A stretch of 64,000 bases of DNA from Octopus vulgaris (GCA_951406725.2 OX597832.1:22816001-22880000), one strand, 5' to 3'; counted from the stretch's first letter, positions 1 through 12,880 are shown. Made by a program: numbers and translations. Notes: generated by a model from the letters alone, not told the origin.

Positions 1-325
1 TACTACTACTACCATCACTACTACTACTACTACAAATACTACAACTACCACCACCACCACCACAACTACTACTACTACTACTGCTACCACCACCATCACA
101 ACTACTACTACTACTATTACTACAACCACCACCACCACCACCACCATCACTACTACTACTACTACTACTACCACTACTACTACTACAACTACTACAACTA
201 CTACTACTACCACTACTACCACCAACACCACCACCACCACCACCACCACCACTACTACTACTACTACTAGTACTACTACTACTGCAACTACTACTACCAC
301 TACTACCACCACCACCACCACCACC

Positions 326-356
<31 letters not shown>

Positions 357-403
357 GTACTACTACTACTGCAACTACTACTACCACTACTACCACCACC
401 ACC

Positions 404-468
<65 letters not shown>
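1..468. repeat. (CTA)n/(CCA)n compound trinucleotide microsatellite
   Basis: Direct reading of tactac/caccac runs. Confidence 0.95.
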
Positions 469-469
<1 letters not shown>

Positions 470-639
470 GCGTCTTCCACTTCTTCCCAGATATTTCGCT
501 GAATGACAAGATTAGATCATAATACAAAATTAGTCTCTCACAAAAGCCGACTCTGTTGGAAGACAAATCGCATCTCTTGAATGGCGTCGTTTGCATGGAA
601 ATGGACGCTAAACGGGAAACCTTCTAGGTGAAAATCACC

Positions 640-902
640 TTCGTCATCATCGTCCTCCTCCTCATCATCATCATCATCCATATGATTGCCATCCACTTCA
701 TCTTCTTCCTCCTTCTAATCATCGTCATCAACCACATCGTCGTCATTACTGTCACAACCACTTCCACTACAGCCGCCACCACCACCACCACCACTACCAT
801 CGCTACTAACATACCTGATACGACCACCAACACCAGAACCACCACTATAACCATCATGGCCGTCGTCGTCATCGTCTCATCCTCAAGCATCATCATCAAC
901 AA

Positions 903-939
<37 letters not shown>

Positions 940-1178
940 GTTATAATCATCATCATCATAATCATCATCATGATCATGATCATCATCATCATCATCTTCA
1001 ACATCATCATCATTATCATCATCATCAACATCATCATCATTATCATCATGACCATCCTCATCATCATCACTATCACCACCATCATCACCATCATCATCAA
1101 CATCATCATCATCATCATCACCATCATCTTCATCATCCTCCTCCTCCTCATCATCATCATCATCACCACCATCTTCAA

Positions 1179-1222
<44 letters not shown>

Positions 1223-1317
1223 ACATCGTCATCATCGTTATAATCATCATGATCATCATGATCATCATCGTCGACGTCGTCGTAGTCGTCACCATCATCG
1301 TTATAACCATCATCTCT

Positions 1318-1354
<37 letters not shown>

Positions 1355-1420
1355 CTATCATTGTAGCAAAACAGCATAGAGGCAGTAGCAGGAGCAGCAA
1401 CCGCAGCAGCAGCAGCAGCG
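640..1420. repeat. (CAT)n microsatellite, degenerate, ending in (CAG)n
   Basis: Direct reading; explains the poly-M, poly-I and poly-D ORFs. Confidence 0.95.
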
Positions 1421-1737
1421 ACGGAAATAACAGTTGTATGATGAGAGGTTTCCTTTTGTCCGTTGTCGTCGCCATATTGGTCATTGATATTTGCTTGTTG
1501 TCGTCTGCAGAACAATGACGGAGAGGATGATATGAATCTCTGCTGATTGAATATTTCAGGAGCCTATCCATTCGGTACTTGGCTTATTGATATTTGGTGC
1601 CAATTAAAAAATATTCCTTGGTGAAAACATGGACAAATATGGACCGATGCTACGTCAATGCAGCAGTCAACGGCCGAAGGGGGCTAGCGATGGTAAATGC
1701 AAAACTGGATGCAGGTAGGAATGAAATACCAACAAGA

Positions 1738-1891
1738 ATGACGATGATAATGATGATGATAATGATGATGATGATGATGTTGATAATGATGATGATTATG
1801 ATGATGATGATGATGCTGATGATGATGATGATGATGACGATGATGATGTTAACGATAACGTTAATGTTACTACTACTACTACTACTACTAC

Positions 1892-1958
<67 letters not shown>

Positions 1959-2062
1959 AAGAAGAAGAAGAAGAAGAAGAAGAAGAAGAAGAATGATAAT
2001 AATAATGATAATAATAAAATAATAATAGTAATTATAATAATCATAATAATAATAATAATAGT
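1738..2062. repeat. Compound (GAT)n-(CTA)n-(TAA)n-(GAA)n-(TAA)n microsatellite
   Basis: Direct reading. Confidence 0.95.
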
Positions 2063-2065
2063 AAT

Positions 2066-2332
2066 CAGCAGTTGTAGTTGATGAAAATAGGTAGCAGTAG
2101 TACCAATAATTGTCGGATCCCTAAGAACAGTGAGCAAAAATCTCGCGAAGTACGTGGAACAAATAGGGGCTGCAATAAGGGTGGAGCACTTGCAGAAAAC
2201 ATCACTGCTTGGAACCGCTCGAATACTCCGGAAGGTGCTCGAAAAATAAGGAGAGTTACCTTAGTTCACAGGTAGGGAACAGCTGACACTGTAGTACATC
2301 TCCAGCGTTAGAAGCTGTGCAAAAACAGTAAA
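2066..2332 (+). mobile_element. 3' end of R4/Dong-type RLE non-LTR retrotransposon inserted in (TAA)n
   Basis: Translates VVPIIVGSLRTVSKNLAKYVEQIGAAIRVEHLQKTSLLGTARILRKVLEK* (stop 2247-2249), typical of R4-clade C-termini; short 3' UTR then (TAA)n. Confidence 0.8.
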
Positions 2333-2347
2333 ATAATAATAAAAATG

Positions 2348-2423
<76 letters not shown>

Positions 2424-2442
2424 CAACAACAACAATAATAAT

Positions 2443-2994
2443 GACCTGATTCAGTACCAGACAGTGGCTCTCATGCCTCCTGATTTTAACTGATTGGAAG
2501 TGTTATCATGTACATTGTTTTGTCTTGGTATAAAAGATGGGCTACAGCAAATATTCTGCTCAATACCACAGATTTGCTTGTCAGTTGTTTGACCTTAACC
2601 AGTTGACCATGTCCCTTAGTGGCTGATGATATGTGCATCTCTGATCATGAGAAGGAGTAATAGGGGAACATCATAGCCATGTGTTGAGAGGGATTCTTTG
2701 GGGTTTGAATAATTCACCTTTGGAAATATAGGTGTTTCGTTCAACATCCTTAAATAATCCTTATTCAGGGACCTTTTGATCTGGATGGGCTACTCAACCA
2801 GAAGACAATTCTAACTGGGCCCCACCTTGCAAGGTCATGCGCTGTTTATCTTTATATATCACCATATCGCGCACAAATGGTTGTGATGCATGTGCCTGGT
2901 GTACCCTTATCGGACGGGTAGTCATGATGGGTATACTGGGCTTGGTATATTTTACTCCAGTGTCTCTTTGATGGCATGCACTGCTCCCTCACTC
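2443..2994 (+). mobile_element. ~553-bp non-coding (TAA)n-embedded repeat, copy 1
   Basis: Reverse complement of the copies at 21093-22961; TAA repeats on both sides. Confidence 0.85.
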
Positions 2995-3363
2995 AATAAT
3001 AATAATGATGATGATGATAATAGAAAATAATAATATTATTATTTATAGTAGTAGTAGTAGTAGGAGGAGGAGGAGGAGGAGGAGGAGGAGGACGAGGAGG
3101 ACGGGGAGGACGAGGTGGAGGAGGATCGTCAAGGCTTGGCAATCGGGGAGAGCATTAGGCACAGGGCCATTTAATCCATACAGTGGAGAAGATGGCAAAG
3201 GCTACGGCAGAAATTGTTAAATATGAACAAGGAACAACTGGCGTAAAATGGTAAGATGTACTTAAAGAAACTCACTAGCTTTGGCTGTCAGCAAGTTTAT
3301 ATTTAGATCAAACCTACTTTTTTTTTTTAAATCCTATATCCGTATATGCATATAGGTGTATAA

Positions 3364-3400
<37 letters not shown>

Positions 3401-3403
<3 letters not shown>

Positions 3404-3620
3404 AAGATAGAAAATGCTAAAATAATTTTATAAAGAACATTTCAGTACCGGTTTCAGTCATTTGAAACTTTTTCAACTGTAACGATTAAATAATTAAATT
3501 TAGAAAAATTAAGAGAAAAGTTTTTTTAAAAGAATATTTGTATAGTGTTCAAATATAAGAGGCATTTTCCTTGTTTCTGCCTTTCTCTGTCTCTCTTGTT
3601 CACACTTGTAGGTTCGAGGT
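3401..3620 (-). mobile_element. Probable PLE 3'/pLTR fragment with hammerhead-like motif (3443-3479)
   Basis: Minus strand CAG UUGAAAA AGUU ucaaau GACU GAAA CCGG UA CUG; runs into (TA)n. Confidence 0.55.
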
Positions 3621-3647
3621 CGTATATATAAAATGTTATATATATAA

Positions 3648-4045
3648 CTAGCAGTATCGCCCGGCGTTGCTCGGATTTGTAAGGGAAATAACTATATAAG
3701 CATTTTTAGAGAGTTATAGCAAAAAAATAGCAAACAAATGCATTAAAAATGGAAAAAAAATTATGGTAAATATTTTTTTAAATCGTTGACTCATCGTAGA
3801 CATTTTTAGAGAGTTACTTCCCTTATATCTTTAGCGAAAAAATGCATTAAAATGGAAAAAAATGATGGTAATATTTTTAAAAATCGTAGACTCATCAAAG
3901 ACGCGCGCTAATGCCCAGAAGGGCTCGATATGAATCACGACTATATGATACCCGGTTTTGGTTAAACTACACCGCACAATATGGGAGTAGTTAGGAATCT
4001 AAATCGTAGGAGACAGACACACAACCTCTCTTTTATATATAAAGA
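3648..4045 (-). mobile_element. Non-autonomous Helitron
   Basis: Minus strand starts A|TCTTTATATATAAAA and ends ccgagcaacgccgggcgatactgCTAG|T with a subterminal hairpin; homologous to 57933-58440. Confidence 0.85.
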
Positions 4046-4082
4046 TAATATATAATATATAATATATAATATATAATATTAC

Positions 4083-4136
<54 letters not shown>

Positions 4137-4764
4137 TTCATTTGGCATAAAAGATACAGAATATTTCTGGAGAGAAAGATATACACACATCTATTATATG
4201 GCTCTTTTTTTTACTATCACGTGATAATACATATCTTCTTAATATGCATATAGTTGCGGTTCCTCATATATTTTATTTATACGTATAAATTTGTTTCTAG
4301 GCATTATATTTCTTGTCCCCTTCGTACTTATCTTGTTTCTATGTTATTAACTCTGGCCATAAGTTCTGCTTACATACACACACATACATACAAGTACACA
4401 CATTCACAGACACATACACATACACACACACATACACATACACACACACATACACACACATATACTGATAAATACTTGTTTAAATTTTTGTTTTCAGGCG
4501 GATATTGTCAGATTTTTCGTTTTCTTCAGCACCGAAAATATGTGTGTGCGTGCATGTGTGTGTATGTGTATGTGTGCGTGTGCGTGCTTGTGAGTGTGTG
4601 TGTGTGTGTGTTGGTGTGTTTGTGTGTGTGTTTGCATGAGAGCGTGTTTTACACCTGTATATGTGTGTACTTTGCATTATGTAAAACCAGATTTACAAAT
4701 GTGAATACGTATATACATTAACTAGTGCAGAAAATGTCAACGTACATACACACATATACACAAA

Positions 4765-4810
<46 letters not shown>

Positions 4811-4919
4811 TGTGAGAATATATATATATATATATATATTCTCACATACATGTATATATATGTGTGTGTAAGTAGTGTTTGATATGTCTTTATATATATA
4901 TATATATATATATATTTGT

Positions 4920-5012
4920 TTTGCAAGATTCTTGATGTGAAATCGTGTGTTGAAACATATTGTTGTATTTAGGAATTGTCATTTTGCCAGTTTAGCCAAT
5001 AAAAACACACGC
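4920..5012 (-). mobile_element. Terminal fragment related to the 3' end of the PLE at 19803-20852
   Basis: gccagtttagccaataaaaacacacgc is the reverse complement of 20799-20825. Confidence 0.6.
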
Positions 5013-5023
5013 GAAGCGCAAAT

Positions 5024-5497
5024 TCATTTTATTGAGCTCTTTTGACGAAACGTTAAGTTATTATATCGATCCACTATCGCGAACCGCTCAGTTATTTTAT
5101 CGATCATGTTTGGCGAAATGCTAAGTTATTTTATGGATCTCCTTTGGCGAAAAGCTAAGTTGTTTCATCGACCACGTTTGTCGAAACACTATGTTATTTT
5201 ATCGATCTCCTTCGGCGGACCGCCATATCATTTTATCGATATACTTTGACGAACTTATAAGTCATTTTATCGATCACGTTTGGCGAACCGCCAAGTTATT
5301 TTAACGATCTCGTTTGACGAACCGCTAAGTTCTTTTATCGATCTCCTTTGGCGAAAAGCTAAGTTATTTTATCGACTACGTTGTCTAACCGCTATGTTGT
5401 TTTATCGATTTCCTTTGGCGAACCGCTCAGTTATTTTCTGGATATCTTTTGGCGAACAGCTAGGATATTTTATCGAGCTCCATTGGCGAACCGCTTG
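5024..5497. repeat. ~34-bp minisatellite, about 14 diverged units
   Basis: Unit consensus ttattttatcgatctcctttggcgaaccgctaag. Confidence 0.9.
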
Positions 5498-5724
5498 GCA
5501 ACACAAACTAACAACCACATCCTCACCCGCGCGTAGAGCGGGTCAACTTAAGCAAGTATTTTATAATTTTCATACAATGAATTTCTCTACTATTATCTAT
5601 ACTAGTTTCTGTATTTAGATATTCTAAGTAAATTTTAAAAATTATGTTATAAAATATCTAAATACCTTTTTATAACTTTTATTGTAATGAAAAGGAGTAT
5701 TACGATAGATGTCAATATATTCAT

Positions 5725-5768
<44 letters not shown>

Positions 5769-5790
5769 TCTTTTATTCTTTCTTTCTTTA

Positions 5791-6000
5791 TTCTTTTACT
5801 TGTTTCAGTCATTTGACTGCGGCCATGCTGGAGCACCGCCTTTAGTCGAGCAACTCGACCCCGGGACTTATTCTTTGTAAGCCCAGTACTTATTCTATCG
5901 GTCTCTTTTGCCGAACCGCTAAGTAACGGGGACATAAACACACCGGCATCGGTTGTCAAGCAATGCTAGAGGAACAAACACAGACACACAAACACACACA

Positions 6001-6055
<55 letters not shown>

Positions 6056-6204
6056 GACGGGCTTCTTTTCAGTTTCCGTCTACCAAATCCACTCACAAGG
6101 CATTGGTCGGCCCGAGGCTATAGTAGAAGACACTTGCCCAGGGTGCCGCGCAGTGGGATTCAACCCGGAACCATGTGGTTGGTAAACAAGCTACTTACCA
6201 CACA

Positions 6205-6207
<3 letters not shown>
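5791..6207 (-). mobile_element. tRNA-derived SINE, family A (internal TA/TG microsatellite)
   Basis: Matches the full copy at 45773-46181. Confidence 0.9.
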
Positions 6208-6264
<57 letters not shown>

Positions 6265-6489
6265 AATGTTAGTTGAGTTAGAGGTTAAAATAGAGCATAT
6301 ATATGTAAATATATTATGCTCATAAATTATAGCTAAAAACAAGGATAAGCATGAGTTTATCAAGAGTCAAAATTCACAGAAAGCAGAAGATGGAGAAATT
6401 ATTATTTATTTATTCGATAGTATTGAATTAATAAATAATAATTGATGTAAGTCAATTGTTATTCATCAATCTTTCTCCATTTTCTGTTT

Positions 6490-6586
6490 TAAGACTTTTT
6501 CTATCCCTGAGCGTTATCCTAATACATCCGTTTGTTTTGTACACCACCTGGCTTCGTCTTCAGTTTTTTTCGTAAACTCTCCCTGT
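6490..6586 (+). mobile_element. Fragment of the same family as 14263-14445
   Basis: aagact...ctaatacat..gtttgttt..tacaccacctg.cttcgtctt...ttttcgtaaactctccc is shared. Confidence 0.6.
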
Positions 6587-6587
6587 G

Positions 6588-6637
<50 letters not shown>

Positions 6638-7000
6638 TGTGTGTGTGTTTGTGTGTATGTGTGTGTGTTTGTGTGTGTGTGTGTGCGTGTTTATTTGTGT
6701 GTGTGCATTTGAGTTTGGCAACTATTGTTGGTTTGTTCGTCTTCCTGTACCTTAGTGATTCGGCGAAAATCGAGCGATAGAATAAATACCAGTTCTTAAA
6801 AGTAATAAGTGTTGTAGTCAATTTGTTAGACAAAAATCCTTGAAGGCGCTGCCTAAGCCTCGCTGCAATCCAATGAATGACAAAAAGTGAAAGAAATCTA
6901 TCTAATAAAGTCACTCTTGGTCTTTGTTAATCATTTGAGTTATTGGCCTAATGCGGTGCACAGTACATAGTTACCTTATACTAAAGACTTAAATAAGAAA

Positions 7001-7249
7001 TGCGCCCTTTTGAAGCCTAGCCTGGTTCATGGGCCCGGTTTCTCGGTTTCTATGGCATATGTGATCCCCAGCTGGACGGGACGCCAGTCCATCGCAGCGT
7101 TACTCATTTTTGCCAGCTGAGTGGACTGGAGCAACGTGAAATGAAGTGTTTTGCTCAAGAACACAACGCGTCGCCCCGGTCCCGGAATCGAAACCGTAAT
7201 CTTACGATCATGATGCTGACACCCTAACCACTAAGTCACGCGCCTCCAC
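7001..7249 (-). mobile_element. tRNA-derived SINE, family D (CORE-like plus V-like domain)
   Basis: A/B-box head tgtggaggcgcgtg..tagtggttagg..ggtttcgattcc; TSD atactaaagac at 6978-6988 and 7250-7260. Confidence 0.85.
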
Positions 7250-7990
7250 ATACTAAAGACAACTACCACATTATTTTTCCGACATTAAGGTATTGAGATG
7301 GCGGAATCGTTAGCACGTCAAGCAAAATACACAGCAGCATTTTATCCGTCTTTAGCTGTGTGTTCAAATTTCTTCGGGTTCGATGAAATAATTACCAGTT
7401 GAGTATAGGGGTCAATGTAATCGGCTCACTCTATCCGCCAAAAGTTTTCTCCTCGTGTTAAAATTTGAAACCTATATCTAAACCTACACCTGGAAACTTT
7501 TTCCAGCTGCTATGTTTTAAGACATTAAATAAATACCTCACAAAACTCGTAAACTTTTATTAATTCTTAAAAACCTGTAATGCAGCTCATTAAAGCTTAA
7601 TTTCCATTTATTAAGTTTAATGTACATCACAGATTCGCCTTGAGTCCGTAAACATCTTTTTTGTTCCTTGAACTTTCATTACATGCATATTTAAAATTCA
7701 TTTTGAATTGATTAAAAACAAATGACGATGAAAGACAGGAAATATCTCCTGAATCTATGCACTACCATGAAATTACGAAAAGGATCTCTACTATATCAAA
7801 AGTCATGAAATTTGCAAAGAAATGCTATCATCAGGTACATACATAATTGATGTCTTACGCATTACGTTGGGTTTTCACCAACTATACATTAAATAACCAT
7901 AAGTTCTCTCGCTATTTTCCATAAGAAACTAAGACAATAAACCCCGCACCATATAATTATAGAATATTCCTGAAATATTAATATTATTTT

Positions 7991-8210
7991 AAGATAGCGC
8001 TAGACTGGACATATCGCAATGTTCAAGTACAAGTGGACACAAGTGGTTACCGGGTGGTATCCAAGAGAGCGGAAGGGGCTACTTGGAAAGCCTCCCAGAC
8101 GATAGGAAGACGATTTAGTCAAGCAATTTAGGTTAAGACATAATTGGAAGCGTATTGTGATCAGCGGTGTATAACAGCATATGATGGTCTGGTCGATACT
8201 GTGATACTGA
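7991..8210 (+). mobile_element. RTE-clade LINE 3' end (degenerate)
   Basis: R*TGHIAMFKYKWTQVVTGWYPRERKGLLGKPPRR*EDDLVKQF matches the RTE WAGHIAR...W.PR..KR..GRP..RW.DD pattern. Confidence 0.75.
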
Positions 8211-10159
8211 ACTATTGATAAATATACATTATCACCAAGAGTACTTTAAAATGTCACTTAACAGTCATTGATTTTATTTTGGGTGGATAGACATGAAAAA
8301 TAAATTGAAGATTAAGGCTATGTATCTCATTAGTCAGTGTAAATTTTAGATTGCCCAACACCTGTTTCTGGAAAGATATTTATAAAATATATAAATAACA
8401 AATAGCCGATGGCGTAAATATTGCAGTATCCTACGCATGATTCCGCATATGCAATTTATATTTTCTGTTTCTATCATGTTATTCCGATGTTAATCCGATT
8501 CTTTAATCAGGAAGGAAAAAATGCTGAATTTTAATCTAATTAACAGTTCATGTTTTTCAATGCACCCACTCATCTAATATTTGCTCTCAGTAATGAGACT
8601 GAAATACTTTTATTTTATTATATTCAAAACCATTTGTAAAAAAAAAAAAAATTGTTTTTATTTTGTCTATTAATTTATCTCCAACTGTTACTAAGAGATT
8701 TGTCATGTCTGCATTCTAAGTATTTATTATTTTATATCTGGGTTTGTTTTTTTTTTACCTTTTCGATAACTACAGCCAATCTATCAAACAGGTTTCTAAT
8801 TTTGGATAACTTTTTTTCTTTGTCTCACTAGTTTATCAACTAATAGAACAGTTTTAGCTTGCAAAGTTCTGATTAATTTTTATTCGGCATTAACTCGACT
8901 GTCTTCTTGTATCTTCTGTTTCATTAGCTACTGATTATTTTTTTTCATTTTGTATCCTTCTACGTCTTTGTCATTGGACTGCGGTCATGCTGGGGCACCG
9001 CCTCCAAGAGTTTAGTCGAATAAATCGACGGCAATGCTTTAGAACAAGCAAGAGTTAAACGCGTTGAGAAGACACAAAAATATCTTGGTAAACTTGCAGC
9101 TTATATTCACTTAACCAGGTTAAAGAATTAATCAGCTAATAATGTATATAATAATGTAGAAGTGTTATGCGTGAATTCTTCCTATTTTATTTGGATAGTA
9201 GAGAGTAATTTTATACTAATTCTCTTTGGGTCACCTTTTCTATAGACTCTTTAATTGGACAAGCAGCAACTTTCCTTCTTTCTTTTAGAAAATAGAATAT
9301 TTATTAGAATAACAGTTAAACCTTATGAGTTATTCTTTTCTTGTGGTATTAACACATATGATTACAGATTCTTAGGGGATTAAACGTACATCTATTGACC
9401 GCGAGTTTTATATAGAGATTGGTTACCATACTTTCCTATTCTCTTGTCATCAATGAAAGCTGCTCACTTTCAGAAATAATCCTCTAAAGTCATCTTGCGA
9501 CTTTTCGATTTTATTCCTAACTCCATGTTTTATAGAAATGCAACAAAGAATAAAATATGATGACAGTTTATATAACGGTTCGTTTCAACAAATATATTTC
9601 TTGCAGATGCAGACGATAGCCACATGGATAATAACTGTAAATAGAAACTCAATTTGCTCCACTTGAATTCTTTATCCATTTCTTGATTATTCTCTCGCAT
9701 TATACTCTCGGATAATTACACAAGTAGACAAACCACATTTTATTTGTTCAATGGAAAAGTGAAATGTCATCTCCTGCATTTTTCCATATTATAATTTGAT
9801 TTTTGAAGTAGTTTAGTTTTCTTACAACCGAGACATAATTCTAGATTTTCCATATTGCCTCGTTTTTGAAGAATTCATAAGAATTTTACGGGTGCTTTGA
9901 ATTTCTTTTGTCTTCTTTTGCACGTGCCACTACAATTCTCAGAACATTAAACACATTATAGTTTAATTTTCTTCTCTACATAGGGTACCACTCTATTAGA
10001 ACTAATTCTAACTACCAAGGGATCTAATCTTTTCACTGCGAGACTGTAAATTTTACTCTAGCTTTACAGTTGGGAAAAAACACAGCAATATATAAAATCT
10101 GAACTCATCTGCTAACATGTCAGTGGTTCTAGTATTCGATTCTATTCGTTTCCACACTA

Positions 10160-10578
10160 GGCACAAGGCACGAAATTTTGGGAGAGGGTAGTCAGCCGAT
10201 TAGACTGACACCAGTACGCAACTGGTACTTAGCTTATCGACTCCGAAAGGATGAAGAGCAAAGTCAACCTCGACGAAATTTGAACTCAGAACGTAAAGAT
10301 AGACGTAATACCGGTAAGCATTTTGCCCGGGGTGCTAACGTTTCTTATTTCTTTACTGCCCATAAGAGGCTACACACAGAGTGGATAAACAAGGACAGAC
10401 AAAAGGATTAAGTCGATTATATCAACCCCAGTGCGTAAGTGGTAGTTATTTAATCGATCCCGAAAAGGATAAAAGGTAAAGTCGACCTCGGCGGAATTTG
10501 AACTCAGAACGTAGCAGCAGACGAAATACTGCTAAGCATTTCGCCCGGCATGCTAACCTTTCTGTCAGCTCGCCGCCT
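10160..10578 (-). mobile_element. Two adjacent SINE family B copies
   Basis: Reverse complement of ggcggcgagctggcagaa...gcctttcatcctttcggggtcg. Confidence 0.85.
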
Positions 10579-10650
10579 TTAGTACTTCCAGTATTGACCC
10601 AATAAGTTGTCTGTGACAGAAAACGACACCAATATTCTTCTTATATATAA

Positions 10651-10840
10651 GGTGGTGACCTGGCAGAATCGTTAGTACGCCGGGCGAAATGCTTAGCAGC
10701 ATTTCAGCCGTCTTTTCATTCTTAGTTAAAATTCAGGCCAGAACGACTTTGCTTTCAATTTTTCGGGAACGATAAATCAAATACCAGCTGAGCACTGGAG
10801 CCTGAAACCTCTGGCCTTGGACAAACATTTGAAATCAATA
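10651..10840 (+). mobile_element. Degenerate SINE family B
   Basis: ggtggtgacctggcagaatcgttagtacgccgggcgaaatgcttagc head. Confidence 0.75.
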
Positions 10841-11510
10841 CTATTATTCTTGTATTGAACACAGCTCTGACAATTTAATTGCCCTCAGTCCCTAATTGTT
10901 CCATCAAATCCGATAGTTTTACTCTGTAGTATGTATTATATGAAAATAAACAGAGTGGTAAATGCTAAGTTGGTTTCATGTTATATTTCTTCTTGCTTGC
11001 AAATTTTCTGTGAGTGAGGATTATTGTTTGTTTTATTAATAGACAATTTCTAAAAGATATAAGTGAACATTTTCTGACGTGTAGCTTCCTTTCGTTGACC
11101 TGAAATTCCATTTTCTTTTCAAAGTTATCGAAATGTTCAGTTTTGTCATTTTAACTTTGATGTTCTCTAAATATTTGAACCGCTTTTGATTCTCTCCCGA
11201 AGTGTATTATGAAGACTATTAAACAGAGAATATAATACACACCAAATGTCAGTGTAATGTGCACTTTGCACCCACCAGGTTTGACGAAAAGTCCTGCTGC
11301 GCAGTACTTTGAGCAGGAGCCTGTAGCAGTTGAATGCAGAGCTTATTTTGGAACCAGACATAGAGGATGGTTGCTATGAATCGGCGTCATCGTCAAGTAC
11401 ACATCATATTGAAAGAATTCCAGTTAGCACTCGATAGGACAAGATATAACAATATTTACGAAAAACATCTTTAAATCAACATTTTTATAGACTTGGTAAT
11501 GCTCATATTA

Positions 11511-12053
11511 AGGCGTTGGGCTGGCAGAAACGTTAGCACGCCGGGTGAAATGCTTAGCGGTATTTCGTCTGCCGCTACGTTCTGAGTTCAAATTCCGCCG
11601 AGGTCGACTTTGCTTTTCATCATTTTGAGGTCGATTAAATAAGTACCAGTTACGCACTTAATCCGTTTGTCTGTCCTTGTTTGTCCTCCCTGTGTTTATC
11701 CCCTTGTGGGTAGTAAAGAAATGGGTATTTCGTCTGCCGTTACATTCTGAGTTCAAATTCCGCCGAGGTCGACTTTGCCTTTCATCCTTTTGAGGTCGAT
11801 TACATAAGTACCAGTTCCGCACTTAATCCGTTTGACTGTCCTTGATTGTCCCCTCTGTGTTTAGCCCCTTGTGGGTAGTAAAGAAATTGGTATTTCGTCT
11901 GCTATTACATTCTGAGTTCAAATTCCGCCGAGGTCGACTTTGCCTTTCATCCTTTCGGGGTCGATTAAATAAGTACCAGTTACGCACTTAATCCGTTTGT
12001 CTGTCCTTGTTTATCCCCTCTGTGTTTATACCCTTGTCGGTAGTAAAGAAATA
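11511..12053 (+). mobile_element. SINE family B with triplicated body inside one TSD
   Basis: Three ~165-bp units each starting ggtatttcgtctgc; TSD ggtaatgctcatatt at 11495-11509 and 12054-12068. Confidence 0.9.
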
Positions 12054-12789
12054 GGTAATGCTCATATTTCCTATAGCGATTTTGGGGTGAGTCTCTCAAA
12101 CACCAATATTCAAACTTTTCCCTTCGTTTTTGCATCGTCGTAGAAATTTTAAATGCGTTTGCAAACGTGAGTGAATCACGGTTCATCTCAGTAAACATGT
12201 TTTACTAAAAAGATACACAAGACATTCAGTCTGTTTTCGCAGTCGGTTGTCGTATTTTCTTTTCTTCCTGAAAGAATATTCGTCACAAATAACAAAATCT
12301 ATGCGAAAAGCATTAAACTGCTTTTGTAAGCTTCTTCGTGTAATCTGCAAAAAAGATATAGGATTCTATAAAAGATTTTATTCATATCTAGATAGAATAA
12401 AGTGTCAAAGAGTAACATGGAAACGTTACTTACTGAAAGCAGTGGAACGGCCTGTCGGATAGCATGTCTCGCGATATTTGTTCCGATACACGGCGCTTTC
12501 AGTTCAAAATCTACCGAGGTCAAGTTTACTATTTATCCAGTTGGGTCCGAAAAAAAGAATTTGGCTATGGAGGGTAGTGGATTGGTGGAGCTGAAAAAAC
12601 GTTGAAGTAGAGGTTTCGCAGTAACGGTTCAGGCTTCTGGTGTTCTGAGTTCAATTCCTGCCATGGAGTACTAGACATAATTTGTCACCCAGTTAAACAC
12701 AACAACGTGACACCTTGGATGTCTTCGGCAGATTCCATTATTTACATTATTTACATTTGACGGATATTTGTCCTCACTTGTTTGTTGTC

Positions 12790-12835
12790 AACACAACGTT
12801 TCGGCGGATATACCCTCCAGCCTTCTTCAGGTGTC
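12790..12835 (-). ncRNA. Minimal type I hammerhead ribozyme motif
   Basis: GACAC CUGAAGA A GGC-UGGA..UCC-GCC GAAA CG UU GUGUU; stem I GACAC/GUGUU; palindromic stem III AACGUU. Confidence 0.75.
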
Positions 12836-12880
12836 TTGGGGAAATTAGGAATGAGAACCCAGGTTCGAAATTTTTCCCAA

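Noticed and set aside
624-2137. Long ORFs (poly-M, poly-I, poly-D, poly-R)
   Set aside because: Translations of trinucleotide microsatellites, open in several frames, with no domain signal.
2622-2650. CTGATGA in the 553-bp element as a hammerhead core
   Set aside because: No stem II followed by GAAA was found.
5024-5497. CRISPR-like periodicity
   Set aside because: Units are contiguous and diverged, with no unique spacers and no cas genes; the context is eukaryotic.
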